From Mobula birostris (Eukaryota), in contig NC_092375.1 in assembly GCF_030028105.1 (NCBI RefSeq), forward strand, positions 44,429,130 through 44,493,129: 64,000 nucleotides of DNA, written 5' to 3'. A model generated the notes under the pieces. It was given only the letters and a program-made list of their open reading frames with translations, searched no databases and was not told where the DNA came from. Of this stretch, positions 36,611 to 47,079 are shown one piece after another (within the stretch, counting starts at the first letter, position 1; every line of letters begins with the position of its first letter). The translations under genes and the position numbers were made by a program.

Positions 36611-36991
36611 GACCCAAGACGTGCAAAGGAATGGGTCCGTGACCCATTTGTGAATGTCCCTGGTGAATCATCCATGTCAGTGTGGGAAAAAGATCAACTC
36701 CTCGAGCTTGCAAATGACGGTGGGCTGAAAGGTATGTTTGACATAACATCTCTGCCGGCATTCTGGATCAAAGTCAAGGCTGAATATCCTGAGATAGCCA
36801 TGAAAGCACTGAAAACATTGCTTCCATTTCCAACATATTTCTGCGAAGCGGAGTTTTCTGCAATGAATGCAATGAAAACGAAATTGCGGAATAGACTGGA
36901 CATAAAGAACCCCCTTTGAGTATCGCTGTCCCCCATCACCCCTCGATAGGACCGTGTTGTTGCAGGAAAACAAGCCCAGGGCTCCCACTGA
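36611..36991 (+). pseudogene. hAT transposase C-terminal (dimerisation) domain remnant
   Basis: DPRRAKEWVRDPF...LPAFWIKVKAEYPEIAMKALKTLLPFPTYFCEAEFSAM..MKTKLRNRLDIKNPL*VSLSPITPR*DRVVAGKQAQGSH*, with two in-frame stops. Resembles ZBED5/Buster-type hATC domains. Confidence 0.85.
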
Positions 36992-37115
36992 TTCAGCGAT
37001 ACTGGTGTGTTGCAATGATTTTATATGTTCATATGAGGAAAATATGTGCTGTGTTTAATATCCAAACATTACTTAAAATGTTATGATGCTATTGACTTAT
37101 TAGTGACTTATAATT

Positions 37116-37401
37116 CAGTGGTCCCCACCCTCCAGGCCGCGAAGAATACAGCGGTGGCCGGAACACACCCAGCACGTCTTTAAGAAAAAAGCTGAAATAA
37201 ACAAGCTAATTAATTAGGTGCCGCCAGATCAGAGGTGATTGCCGATTGTGTTGCCTCTGATCTGGGCAGACATTTATGTGCTAGGCGGCCCCTAATCAAT
37301 TAGCTTGTTTATTTCAGCTTTTTTCTTAAAGATGTGCTGGGTGCATTCTGGCTACTGTTGTACCACTGCATTCTTCACGGCCCGGAGGTTTGGGACCACT
37401 G
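37116..37401. mobile_element. 286-bp palindromic hAT (Buster-type) MITE, 8-bp TSD
   Basis: TTATAATT at 37108-37115 and 37402-37409 (nnnTAnnn). Termini cagtggtcccc and gggaccactg. Long internal inverted arms (tctttaagaaaaaagctgaaataaacaagctaatt / aattagcttgtttatttcagcttttttcttaaaga). Confidence 0.88.
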
Positions 37402-38664
37402 TTATAATTGACTTACCACTACATTCATGTGAGGAAAACATGCGCTGTGTGTTTGATATTAAATTCGTTAGATAAACCCCTTTAGAAACGAAATTGAGTG
37501 TATTAGCCACTTACAAATGACTTATAGTGGACTTATCACCTATATTCCGGTTGCGTTTAACACCCACCCCTCCCTGGGTCGGCCGGTCTGCAAGAATATT
37601 GTCAATATTAAACTGGTCCGCGGTGCAAAGAAGGTTGGGGACCCCTGATTTAAACTAGCTGGCTAGCTGCCAAGGAGCTACGCTACTGATGTCCTACGTG
37701 ATGAGGCCAAACTCCCTGTAGACTTGCTTAAAATTGTAATAGAATAAACATGATAATATAATACAAGTACATATTTTAATGTCACATTTGCTGCATATAC
37801 CCAACTTGGTTTACAGATTGGTCAAAATCACTAAACAAAGTATTACATACACCCTTGAAGGTCGACGGGGGTGGGGGGGAATATGGGGCTGCGGGGGGCT
37901 GGGGTGCTACTTCTCTGAAATGAGTTTTTGCAGGGTGGGATGTCTGCATAACAAGAGAAATCTTGTTCTCAGGATGAGAGCAAAACAACAATGAACTATG
38001 CATCTTCAATCAAATTAATAGATTGTGATATCACTAAGAAAGTACGAAGGAATCATAAATTAAAGCAAGTAGATTCAAAGCTAAATCAAAGAAAGAGGAA
38101 GAAATAAAAATAAGGAAAAAGGATTTTATATTTGTGAAATCTCTCAATAAAGAATGGGGACTCTTTGCTTACAATAGTTCAATTGTCAATGTTAGGAATT
38201 CTGACTGGTAGTATTTAAAAAGTCATCACATCATTCTGCCTGATTGATGGAATAAGACTTTGAACTTGCTGTGTAAGTTTAATTTGACCTACTGCACAAA
38301 TGCAGCAACTTTATAGTTCTTATACATTTCAACAATGAGCCATTCAGCAAGATGCACTTTCCATGAAACACAGTACAATGCCTTTCGGACACCAACATTT
38401 AGATACTCACACATGCACCTTGCCTGAAGGTGTTGTACCATATGAGCAGAGGAGCAATGGATGCTAGTTGGCTCACCATTATTTTGACAACAAATTATAG
38501 CCTCTAAGACATGTTAGGATTTTTTACTGTGTGTTGAATTAATCTTGTTCAGGCATCATTCTAATTGGAGATCAACTGCCTTTTATTCAATTGTTTATTA
38601 GTTATTTCATCTGGACTGAACTGTTCCAAAGTTGTGACAATTCATGCTTGCTTTTACACTGATA

Positions 38665-38764
38665 TGATAGAAACAAAGAAAACCTACAGCACGAAACAGC
38701 CCTTCGGCCCACAATGCTGTGCCGAACACGTACTTAATTTAGAAATTACCTAGGGTTACCTATA
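38665..38764 (-). mobile_element. CR1 3' tail, continuing at about 40640-40690 after the PLE insertion
   Basis: cagcccttcggcccacaatgctgtgccgaac is the reverse complement of the CR1 3' UTR hairpin region; it continues as gccctttatttttctaagctccatg after the second TSD copy. Confidence 0.7.
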
Positions 38765-38858
38765 CAACAGGAATTCTGCAGATGCTGCAAGTTCAAGCAA
38801 CACACATCAAAGTTGCTGGTGAACGCAGCAGGCCAGGCAGCATCTCTAGGAAATGGTA

Positions 38859-38896
38859 CAGTCGACGTTTCAGGCCGAGACCCTTCGTCAGGACTA
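38859..38896 (-). ncRNA. Minimal type I hammerhead ribozyme, sense to the IGSF3 pre-mRNA
   Basis: The reverse complement reads TAGTCCTGACGAAGGGTCTCGGCCTGAAACGTCGACTG, identical to 40543-40580, with all core nucleotides present. Confidence 0.8.
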
Positions 38897-39931
38897 ACTG
38901 AAGGAAGAGTTAGTAAGAGATTTGAAAGTGGGAGGGAGAGGGGGAGATCCAAAATGATAGGAGAAGACAGGAGGGGGAGGGATGGAGCCAAGAGCTGGAC
39001 GGGTGATTGGCAAAGGGGATATGAGAGGATCATGGGACAGGAGGTCCAGGGAGAAAGACAAAGGGGGGAGGGCACCCAGAGGATGGGCAAGGGGTATAGT
39101 CAGAGGGACAGAGGGAGAAAAAGGAGAGTGAGAGAAAGAATGTGTGTATAGAAATAAATAACGGATGGGGTACAAGGGGGAGCTGGGGCATTAGCGGAAG
39201 TTAGAGAAGTCGATGTTCATGCCATCAGGTTGCAGGCTACCTAGACGGAATATAAGGTGTTGTTCCTCCAGCCCGAGTGTGGCTTCATCTTTACAGTAGA
39301 GGAGGCCGTGGACAGTCATGTCAGAATGGGAATGGGACGTGGAATTAAAATGTGTGGCCACTGGGAGATCCTGCTTTCTCTGGCGGACAGAGCGTAGGCG
39401 AGACCAGACGCAGACTGGGAGACCGCTTTGCTGAAATGCCATTCCCTTCTCGCAATTCCTCCGTCTCCGCTGCAACTGTTCTCAGGATGAGGCTTTTCAT
39501 TCCAGGACGAGGGAGATGTCCTCCTTTTTTAAAGAAAGGGGCTTCCCTTCCTCTACTATCAACTCTGCTCTCAAATGCATCTCCCCCATTTCACGCACAT
39601 CTGCTCTCACTCCATACTCCCGTCACCCCACTAGGAATAGGGTTCCCCTGGTCCTCACCTACCACCCCACCAGCCTCCGGGTCCAACATATTATTCTCCG
39701 TAACTTCCGCCACCTCCAACAGGATCCCACCACTAAGCACCTTTCCCTCCCCCCCTCCCCCCGGCTTTCCACACGGATCACTCCCTACGTGACTCCCTTG
39801 TCCATTCGTCCCCCCCATCCCTCCCCACTGATCTCCCTCCTGGCACTTATCCTTGTAAGCGGAACAAGTACTAAACATGCCCTTACGCTTCCTCCCTTAC
39901 CACCATTCAGGGCCCCAGACAGTTCTTCCAG

Positions 39932-40258
39932 ATGAGGCGACACTTCACCTGTGAGTCGGCTGGGGTGATATACTGCGTCCGATGCTCCCGATGTGGCCTT
40001 CTATATATTGGCGAGATCCAACGCAGACCGGGAGACCGCTTTGCTGAACACCTACGCTCTGTCCGCCAGAGAAAGCAGGATCTCCCAGTGGCCACACATT
40101 TTAATTCCACATCCCATTCCCATTCTGACATGTCTATCCACGGCCTCCTCTACTGTAAAGATGAAGCCACACTCAGGTTGGAGGAACAACACCTTATATT
40201 CCGTCTGGGTAGCCTGCAACCTGATGGCATGAACATCGACTTCTCTAACTTCCACTAA
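39932..40258 (+). pseudogene. PLE GIY-YIG endonuclease domain (5'-truncated, frameshifted ORF)
   Basis: FTCESAGVIYCVRCSRCGLLYIGEIQRRPGDRFAEH...VATHFNSTSHSHSD...RLEEQHLIFRLGSLQPDGMNIDF: VIY...YIG motif plus the PLE CCHH residues. The upstream RT-thumb piece (39516-39750) is in a different frame. Confidence 0.9.
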
Positions 40259-40542
40259 TGCCCCACCTCCCCCTCGTACCCCATCCATTATTTATTTTTA
40301 TACACACATTCTTTCTCTCGCTCTCCTTTTTCTCCCTCTGTCCCTCTGACTATACCCCTTGCCCATCCTCTGGGATCCCCCCCTTGTCTTTCTCCCCGGA
40401 CCTCCTGTCCCATGATCTTCTCATATCCCCTTTGCCAATCACCTGTCCAGCTCTTGGCTCCATCCCTCCCCCTCCTGTCTTCTCCTATCATTTTGGGTCT
40501 CCCCCTCCCCCTCTCAAATCTCTTACTAACTCTTCCTTCAGT

Positions 40543-40580
40543 TAGTCCTGACGAAGGGTCTCGGCCTGAAACGTCGACTG
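40543..40580 (+). ncRNA. Minimal type I hammerhead ribozyme in the 3' pLTR
   Basis: TAGTC-CTGACGA-AGG(GTCTCGG)CCT-GAAAC-GTC-GACTG; predicted cleavage after C40575. Confidence 0.8.
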
Positions 40581-41629
40581 TACCTCTTCCTGGAGATGCT
40601 GCCTGGCCTGCTGCATTCACCAGCAACTTTGATGTGTTGCTAGGGTTACCTATAGCCCTTTATTTTTCTAAGCTCCATGATATAAAAGTCTTTTTCAGCA
40701 TTAGAAGCTGTGTCAAAATAAGTTGATTTTCATGATCTCTCAGTGCTGCCCTTTTATGAAGTGGGCCAGGCATTCAGAGGCAGACACATCATGAATAGTC
40801 TCCCTGGGTCTCAGCTGCTGAGTGACTCTGTAATGAAATACTAACAAAACTTGTAGTTGACTGGTTTTGAAATTCCAATAATCAGCTCCAAGAAATTTAA
40901 AACATCAATATGGCTTTCCAGTAGCTGTGATCAAACAAGTAACTTTTAATCAATTGATCTCTGTACTTGAAGAAAAGTTTGCCTCTGTAATTCTCTGCAG
41001 GTGACTCTCTACACCTTCTCATTACTGCATTAATTTGTCTTTCTGTATCTGGTGTCATTGCACAGCCTGTTATCAGACATTACATAATCTACAATCTATA
41101 AACTTTTCTGATTTGTGCTTACTAATTAACTTTCAGAAAAACAATACACAGCTGACTTGCAACTGAGTCCAAAAGGACATGAAGTAACCTGAAGCATTTT
41201 TACACTGAAATTGTGCATTTTAGTTAAGCAAAGTTAATTGTATATTTTGAAGAGTTAAAGTTGGTATCTCAAAATATAACAAGAAGCCACAAAGCTCTAA
41301 GATTTTGAATGGTAGGATGATAATGAGACTTACATAATTAGGTCTCTAAATGAGACAAGGTGCAAGTCTACCTGAAAGATTAGCAGGAATCAGGAGTATC
41401 AGCAGCAGAATTTCTTTTCTCTCTTTCAAATTATACTAATCAAAATTGTGGAAGATCAATCAGCAAACTGCAGATACTCTATGTTTCTTTCTCTTTTGGT
41501 ACTCTGATTTTACTCCCAATCCACTCTTTGACCAATTGATAGCCATTTCTCATTCCAGAGTTGTTTCAGTCCCCATACGAAAAATCAGAAGACTGCGGGA
41601 GGACGTACTGGAGAATTCCTCCTTTAATT

Positions 41630-41850
41630 GGTGATTGTTTCATTATTACCACGTGCTGAGGTATAGTGAAAATCTTTGTTTTGCATGCTGTCTTTACAGA
41701 AAATTTCACTAGAATAGTATATTAAAGTAGGACACTGGAAAGGAATAACGTAAAACAAAGTAGTGTACCTTCACAGAGGAGGTGCATGTAGGCAGACAAT
41801 AAGGTGATGAGATACAAAGCCATGAGGTAGACTGTAAGGTCAGGAATCCT
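41630..41850 (-). mobile_element. LINE 3' tail remnant (Rex1-like)
   Basis: cattattaccacgtgctgaggtatagtgaaaatctttgttttgcatgctg...gcagacaataaggtg resembles the reverse complement of a common Rex1-type 3' UTR. Confidence 0.45.
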
Positions 41851-43169
41851 AATTGTCAACCAGTCAACACAATGAGTGGCAATGTAATATTGAACAGAAA
41901 GGTGTCGACTTGATCCTGTAGCAGCAGCAACAGCCTTAAAATTGGCTCAGATATTCACAAGATAGGAATGTGAAAAACCAGTCCCGGAGCCAGTTTAACT
42001 TTGACAGTTACAAGAGTAAATAGTACAACAATCATTGTCGAGGCTCACATGTGTTAGGTGTTACTTGGCCTGTCTTTGAAACTGAAGCACAAATAAATTT
42101 CTACAATACAAAAATTACAATGAAACTTTTTAAAAAGTAAAATAAAGTTTTAAGCATCCCACAAATGCACAGGGGGAGTTACTAATGCAATTACGTTGCA
42201 CTAGTCAGGTTTGAAATCAGATGTAATACCAATGTTAGAAACAAGTTGCACTGTGTCACAGAATCCTGTTGTATTATGTGTGAAAATGACTATAATTAAT
42301 TTGATAGAAAACAATTACAACTTTAGTAAATGAAAGAAAGAACCAACAGTGAAAAATGGTATTTTTCAATATCGCTTTGGGAAGATATTAAGTTAATTGG
42401 ATTCTCTTCTGTGAAGTCTTTGGAGATTAATTCTAAAAGAAAGGTCAACAGACAGTACCTGCCACAAACTGCAGCAATTTGTACAGTGAAGGTAGGAGCA
42501 AGATTTTGTTCCACAATGAGAGAGATAACTGCACAATAATTGTATTCAGCATTCTGTTTAACATAACAGCTATCATTTTCTTGGTTAGGTATCAAGGAAA
42601 CTTGATCTTGGGTCAGATAAAAATTAAAAATGTAATATTAATGGATTTATGAATAATTTGTTAGACATGAAAATATAATTTTTATTAATTCAGATTCTAA
42701 ACAATTTTATATTAATTCACAAGAAAAAATGGTAGGAACTATGGGCACGTTAGGAGTAGCTATCAAGAGAGATCGCATGGGTGAAATCAAAGATGTGAAT
42801 GTATAAAACGGTAGTTGCAATGATCAAGGAGCTCAATAGCTGCGGGTGGAGCGCAGCGAAAAATGGTCAATATCAAGACTGATAAATGGTGAAAGGGATT
42901 ATTTGCCTGTTACAAACCAGCCCATTTTTATTCCTACTGTCCTGGTTGGTTCCTAGATCCACGCATCTTATTCACTTTTACAGATTTTACACCCTTCCCT
43001 CTCCATTGGTTTAACAGTCAGCTTTTTTCATTTTCACACATTTTTCGTATACGTCTTTTATTTCTTCATTGTTTGATCTCCACTTAACCATTTCAGGAAT
43101 CGTTTCATTTCTTCTCATGTTTATTTGCTTGTATTTCACCTCCCTATTACCTCTTATTTTGTCTTTTCT

Positions 43170-43572
43170 GGCGAGTTGCTTGCTATGTCTCCCCTCTTGT
43201 GAAACGGGGACCCCTCTTTCTCCCTTATTAGGGAGAGAGACAGAGAGAGCCTGTGGTATGTCGAATACCGGGTGAACGAGTAGTCTTTGGGGTACTGCAA
43301 GTCTGTGACTTTGTTGATGCTTTGCTGCACACTTGAGTGCTCCGTGGGGGGTGCCAATGTTTATTTTCTGCTGGTGGGGGAGGGGGCATTGTTGCTTTGC
43401 TGCTGTTTACATGTGGGAGGGGGAGCTGGGGAGGGCTTTGGCGTTCTAACACTTAACTGTCATTCATTCTTTGGGCACACTCTTCTGTTTTCGTGGATGG
43501 CTGCAAAGAAGAAGTATTTCAGGATGTCTATTGCATATGTTCACCAACATTACATGTACCTTTGAAACTTTT
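43170..43572 (+). mobile_element. Non-autonomous retroposon with a Rex1-like 3' tail
   Basis: Ends gaagaagtatttcaggatgtctattgcatatg...atgtacctttgaaactttt, the same tail type as 27470-27510 and 63110-63186. No ORF. Confidence 0.5.
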
Positions 43573-43923
43573 GAATCCAGATTTGAAGGGAAGACTTCAC
43601 TGTAATGCTGCCAAGAGGTCCCAGCAGTTCCTGGGAACTGGCTCATGCCCCATGAATGGAGAAGCAGTTATTTGGGTCAAGAATCTAAAGATCCCATTGC
43701 GCAATCAACCTGATTCAATCTCACAAGACTGCCAAAGATTTTTAGGAATACATGGACCAGTGAAGATGGTACTTTCCAGAAAGCCTTCAGTAAGGTGTAG
43801 TTCTCAGCATTTCAAGGTATTTCTGGAGTTTTCAAGGTAGGTGCGCAGTAAGGAAGTGTAAGATGAGCACAAACACCTCTTCCTGTCTAATGTGCAGATT
43901 AAAACTGGGTCTGTTCCTAGTTT

Positions 43924-44210
43924 GTGTGGCGTGTGGACAAGTGGTTAAGGCATTGGTCTAGTGATCTGAAGGTTGTTAGCTTGAGCCTCAGCTGAGGAAG
44001 CTGTTGTGTCCTTGAGCAAGGCACTTAACCACACATTGCTCTGTGGCGACACCAGTGCCAAGCTGTATGGGTTCTAGCCCTTCCCTTGGACAACATCAGT
44101 CGCACAGAGAGGGGAGACTTGCAGCATGGGCAACTGCTGATCTTCCATACAACCTTGCCCAGGTCTCAAGTCATCATCGAAAATCGATGAACAGCCGAAG
44201 AGAGAAAGAG
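43924..44210 (+). mobile_element. tRNA-derived SINE with a CORE/Meta-like central domain
   Basis: A-box-like gtggcgtgtggacaagtggttaagg, a degenerate B-box, central tgtgtccttgagcaaggcacttaacc and a purine-repeat tail (gaagagagaaagag). Confidence 0.7.
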
Positions 44211-44479
44211 TTCCTAGCTTTAGACATGGACAGGGCCTGAGGATGAATTTGAGAGAACAAAAATCAGCTTTCAGGATTCTTTCATCTTTGTCACTACCTT
44301 CCTTGAATACATAAAGAGAAACATTCACGTGCACAAACCTGGGCGCAGAGTATTATTTCTTCAGGGCTAACAGGAGAAAGGTAGGAGAGTGGGGTTATTT
44401 AGGATGGTTGTTTCAAAAACCCAGATTAGGCACGATGAGTTAAGCAGTACCCTGAATTTTTAGGACTCCATGACGATCA

Positions 44480-45180
44480 ACCCCTAATTGGAAGAACGGA
44501 GAGATCTTGGAATACAGATCCGTAATTCCTTGGAAGTGGTGTCCTGGGTAAGATGGTGCTGTAAGGAATGCTCTTGGCACAATGGCCTTCATAATCAATG
44601 TGATGAGTGCAGGAGTTTGTATGTTACTTGGAAATTGTATAAGATGTTGGTGAGGCCTAATTTGGAATATTGTGTGTAGTTTTGCTCACCTGTCTATAGG
44701 AAAGATGTAAATAAGATTGAAAGAGTACAGAGAAAATTTAAAAGGGTGTTACCTGGACTTGAGGACCTGAGTTATAGGGAAAGGCTGGATAGCTTAGGAA
44801 TTTATTCCCTAGAACATAAAAATTGAGGGGAGATTTGTAGAAGGTATGCAAAAACATGAAGAATATAGATTGGGTAACTGTAAGCAGGTTTTTTCCACTG
44901 AAGTTGGGTGACACTAGAACTAGGGATCATGGGTTAAGGATGAAAGGTGAAAAATTTAAGGGGAACTTCTTCACTCAGAGGGTGGTGAGTATGTAGAATG
45001 AATTGGTGGATGCAGGTTCGATTTCAATACTTTAGAGAAATTTGTATAGGTACATGGACGGGAGGGGCATGGAGGGATATGATCCGGGTGCATATCGATA
45101 GAACTAGGCAGACTAATGGTCAGCATGGAGCTGATGGGCTGAAGGGTCTGTTTCTGTGCTGTTGTGGTCTATCACTCTAT
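44480..45180 (+). mobile_element. Degraded CR1 LINE 3' portion
   Basis: RDLGIQIRNSLEV...LYKMLVRPNLEYCV (ORF 44488-44679) and the tail gatgggctgaagggtctgtttctgtgctg. Confidence 0.8.
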
Positions 45181-46194
45181 CATTAAGTATCAGCAAGGGA
45201 CATTAGGAAAGGCAGCACAAACCAGTGGACACAAATCTAAAAATTACACAGGAACTGGGAGATCAAAGGTCTTGTGTGCATTATTACACGTTGTACAGTA
45301 TGCGAAGGGGCAAATTGACAAAGTGTTTCAGAGACAGTATGTATTCTGGGCTTTACAGAGAGAGGCATGCAGTGTGAGAGCCAGGAAGACATGATGAACC
45401 TTCATAGAACACCGATTCACCCCAATTAGAGCATGTGTCCAGTTCTGTGTGGGAAAGATATTTCGAAGGAGAAAGGAGTTAGTAGTTGATTCTGGGGATA
45501 ACTTTAGATACACTGTTAAATGAGAGAAGCTGGGGTCGTTAGTTTTCAAACAGAGAAATGGATCTGATAAAGATATTTGAAATTATGAAAGATCTAGGCA
45601 AACCAAAGGAGAGAAATCATTCCTCTTGTGCAAGGAAATAATGTCTGGTGAGGCACTATGAATGGCTCAAAGTTGAACATTCATTGCTCCTGACACACAG
45701 AGACTATACTTACTGCTGAGATGCAACCTCAAGAATATTACTGGTCATAAGCAAGAGTCAATTCTTCTCACAATAATCTGAATAAAGTCAACTCTCATCT
45801 CAAGGGACAGTGACATTTCAGATGAGATGATGGAGATGGAAAGAAGGAGAAAGAGATATAATGTTTAAATTATGGATTGAGTGACAGGGAGTTCGACCAT
45901 GACTGATAGCATTGAAATTCATAATGTCCTTCAAAGCTGATAAGAAGCTTCACCAATGTAGCATGAAGAGGGAGACAAGGGGCACTTAGCTGATGTAACA
46001 AAACGATCTGTGAACTGAACCATGATGACAATATGACAGAATTATGTTTTGAGGCAAACTGTACTTTTTGTCTAAAAGTAAACGCAGGTTTACAAAATAT
46101 CAACAATCATAGTGTGAGGGCTCAGTAGTTTACCCAATGAGTCATGCTGAGTTAGTTGGTCAGAAGCAGTGTTGAGGTGAGAATTCTGCCTGAT

Positions 46195-46450
46195 ATCGCT
46201 GGCTTAATTCGTCTCGACTTCTAATTCAAAACGCTGTGGAGTCAAGGCTGATATTGTGGTGCTGTAGTGAGGGAGTCAAAGTCATTGTCAGAGTACTATC
46301 AAGGAAGAGTAGGTCAATTATTTCCAGTGCTCTGGCCAGTGTTATCGGTCAATCACTGAAAATAAACCAAACAAACATTGCCGCTTGCAGGTTTGCTGGT
46401 TGAAAATTGACTACCGTGGTTTCAACCTTAAAAATGATGACAGTTCAAAA
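46195..46450 (+). mobile_element. Second degenerate Deu-domain SINE
   Basis: aggctgatattgtggtgctgtagtgagggagt...gaagagtagg...tctggccagt, plus the L2-type tail aaattgactaccgtggtttc...cagttcaaaa. Confidence 0.5.
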
Positions 46451-47079
46451 ACGCATCAGCATCCAGATTCTACTGAAATCAACGTTCAAAATAAATATAT
46501 TATCAAAGTACATACATGTCAGCATATACAGTACGACCTCAATACATCTTCTTGCAGTCTTTCACAGAAAAACAATGAACTGCAATAGAATCAATAAAAG
46601 GACTAAGGCTGACCAACAACCAATGTGCACCTGGTATGTTTGGGAAAATATGATCGTGCAACACTTAATTGTGTCCCTGGGCAAGACACCTAGAGCCTGT
46701 GAACTATCTCAGTAATTGCTAATTCTCAGAGAAAGAAGGCTGTTAAAATGACAATAAAACCTAAAATGTCTTTTGTTAAATATGATGCATTCAGTGAAAA
46801 CATGTATGTGAAATGTAACTGGAGCACAATGCAGAGCTCTGTGGTATTAAAAGCTTACAATTATTAGCAGAAAATGTACAGCCTAAAGGATTGGTCACAT
46901 TAGACAATCCAAATATCCTTAGCTGCAGAATGTTAGTAAGACAGGAGATAGATGATTTAGAAAGTTGAATAGCCCATACTGCACAACAAATAGACAGGGT
47001 GCCTGAAAGACGAGACTGCAAACATATTCTATGCTTACTAAGTAGTTCTGTAAATGAATAAGGCAGCCAAGGCACTTAC

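Larger units (their letters stand above)
36480..37647 (+). mobile_element. Truncated hAT element of the Buster/Charlie clade
   Basis: Right TIR ggttggggacccctg ends at 37647, and the right flank ATTTAAAC fits the Buster nnnTAnnn target. It carries a transposase C-terminal remnant. The left end is degenerate (gattggtccccaacc), with no matching TSD. Confidence 0.8.
36333..37946. mobile_element. Non-autonomous TIR DNA transposon (hAT/Tip100-like ends), outer layer of a nested stack
   Basis: 13-bp perfect TIR CAGACATCCCACC (36333) and GGTGGGATGTCTG (ends 37946). CATAAC lies on both flanks (36327-36332 and 37947-37952). Confidence 0.65.
38765..40639 (+). mobile_element. 1875-bp Penelope-like retroelement (Neptune-type) with an inverted 5' arm and a 13-15 bp TSD
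   Basis: CTAGGGTTACCTATA at 38750-38764 and 40640-40654. The left arm (38796-39398) is an inverted copy of the right arm (40051-40641), with an extra 31-nt tail at 38765-38795. The body encodes the RT thumb, a Cys-rich linker remnant (PCKRNKY*TCPY at 39851-39886) and a GIY-YIG endonuclease. Confidence 0.92.

Noticed and set aside
37866-37905. G-quadruplex-prone G tracts (also at about 30652-30688)
   Set aside because: They lie within or next to transposon sequence and are G-rich on the strand opposite the host pre-mRNA; no evidence of function.
43924-44000. tRNA gene
   Set aside because: No complete cloverleaf; it continues into a SINE central domain and tail.
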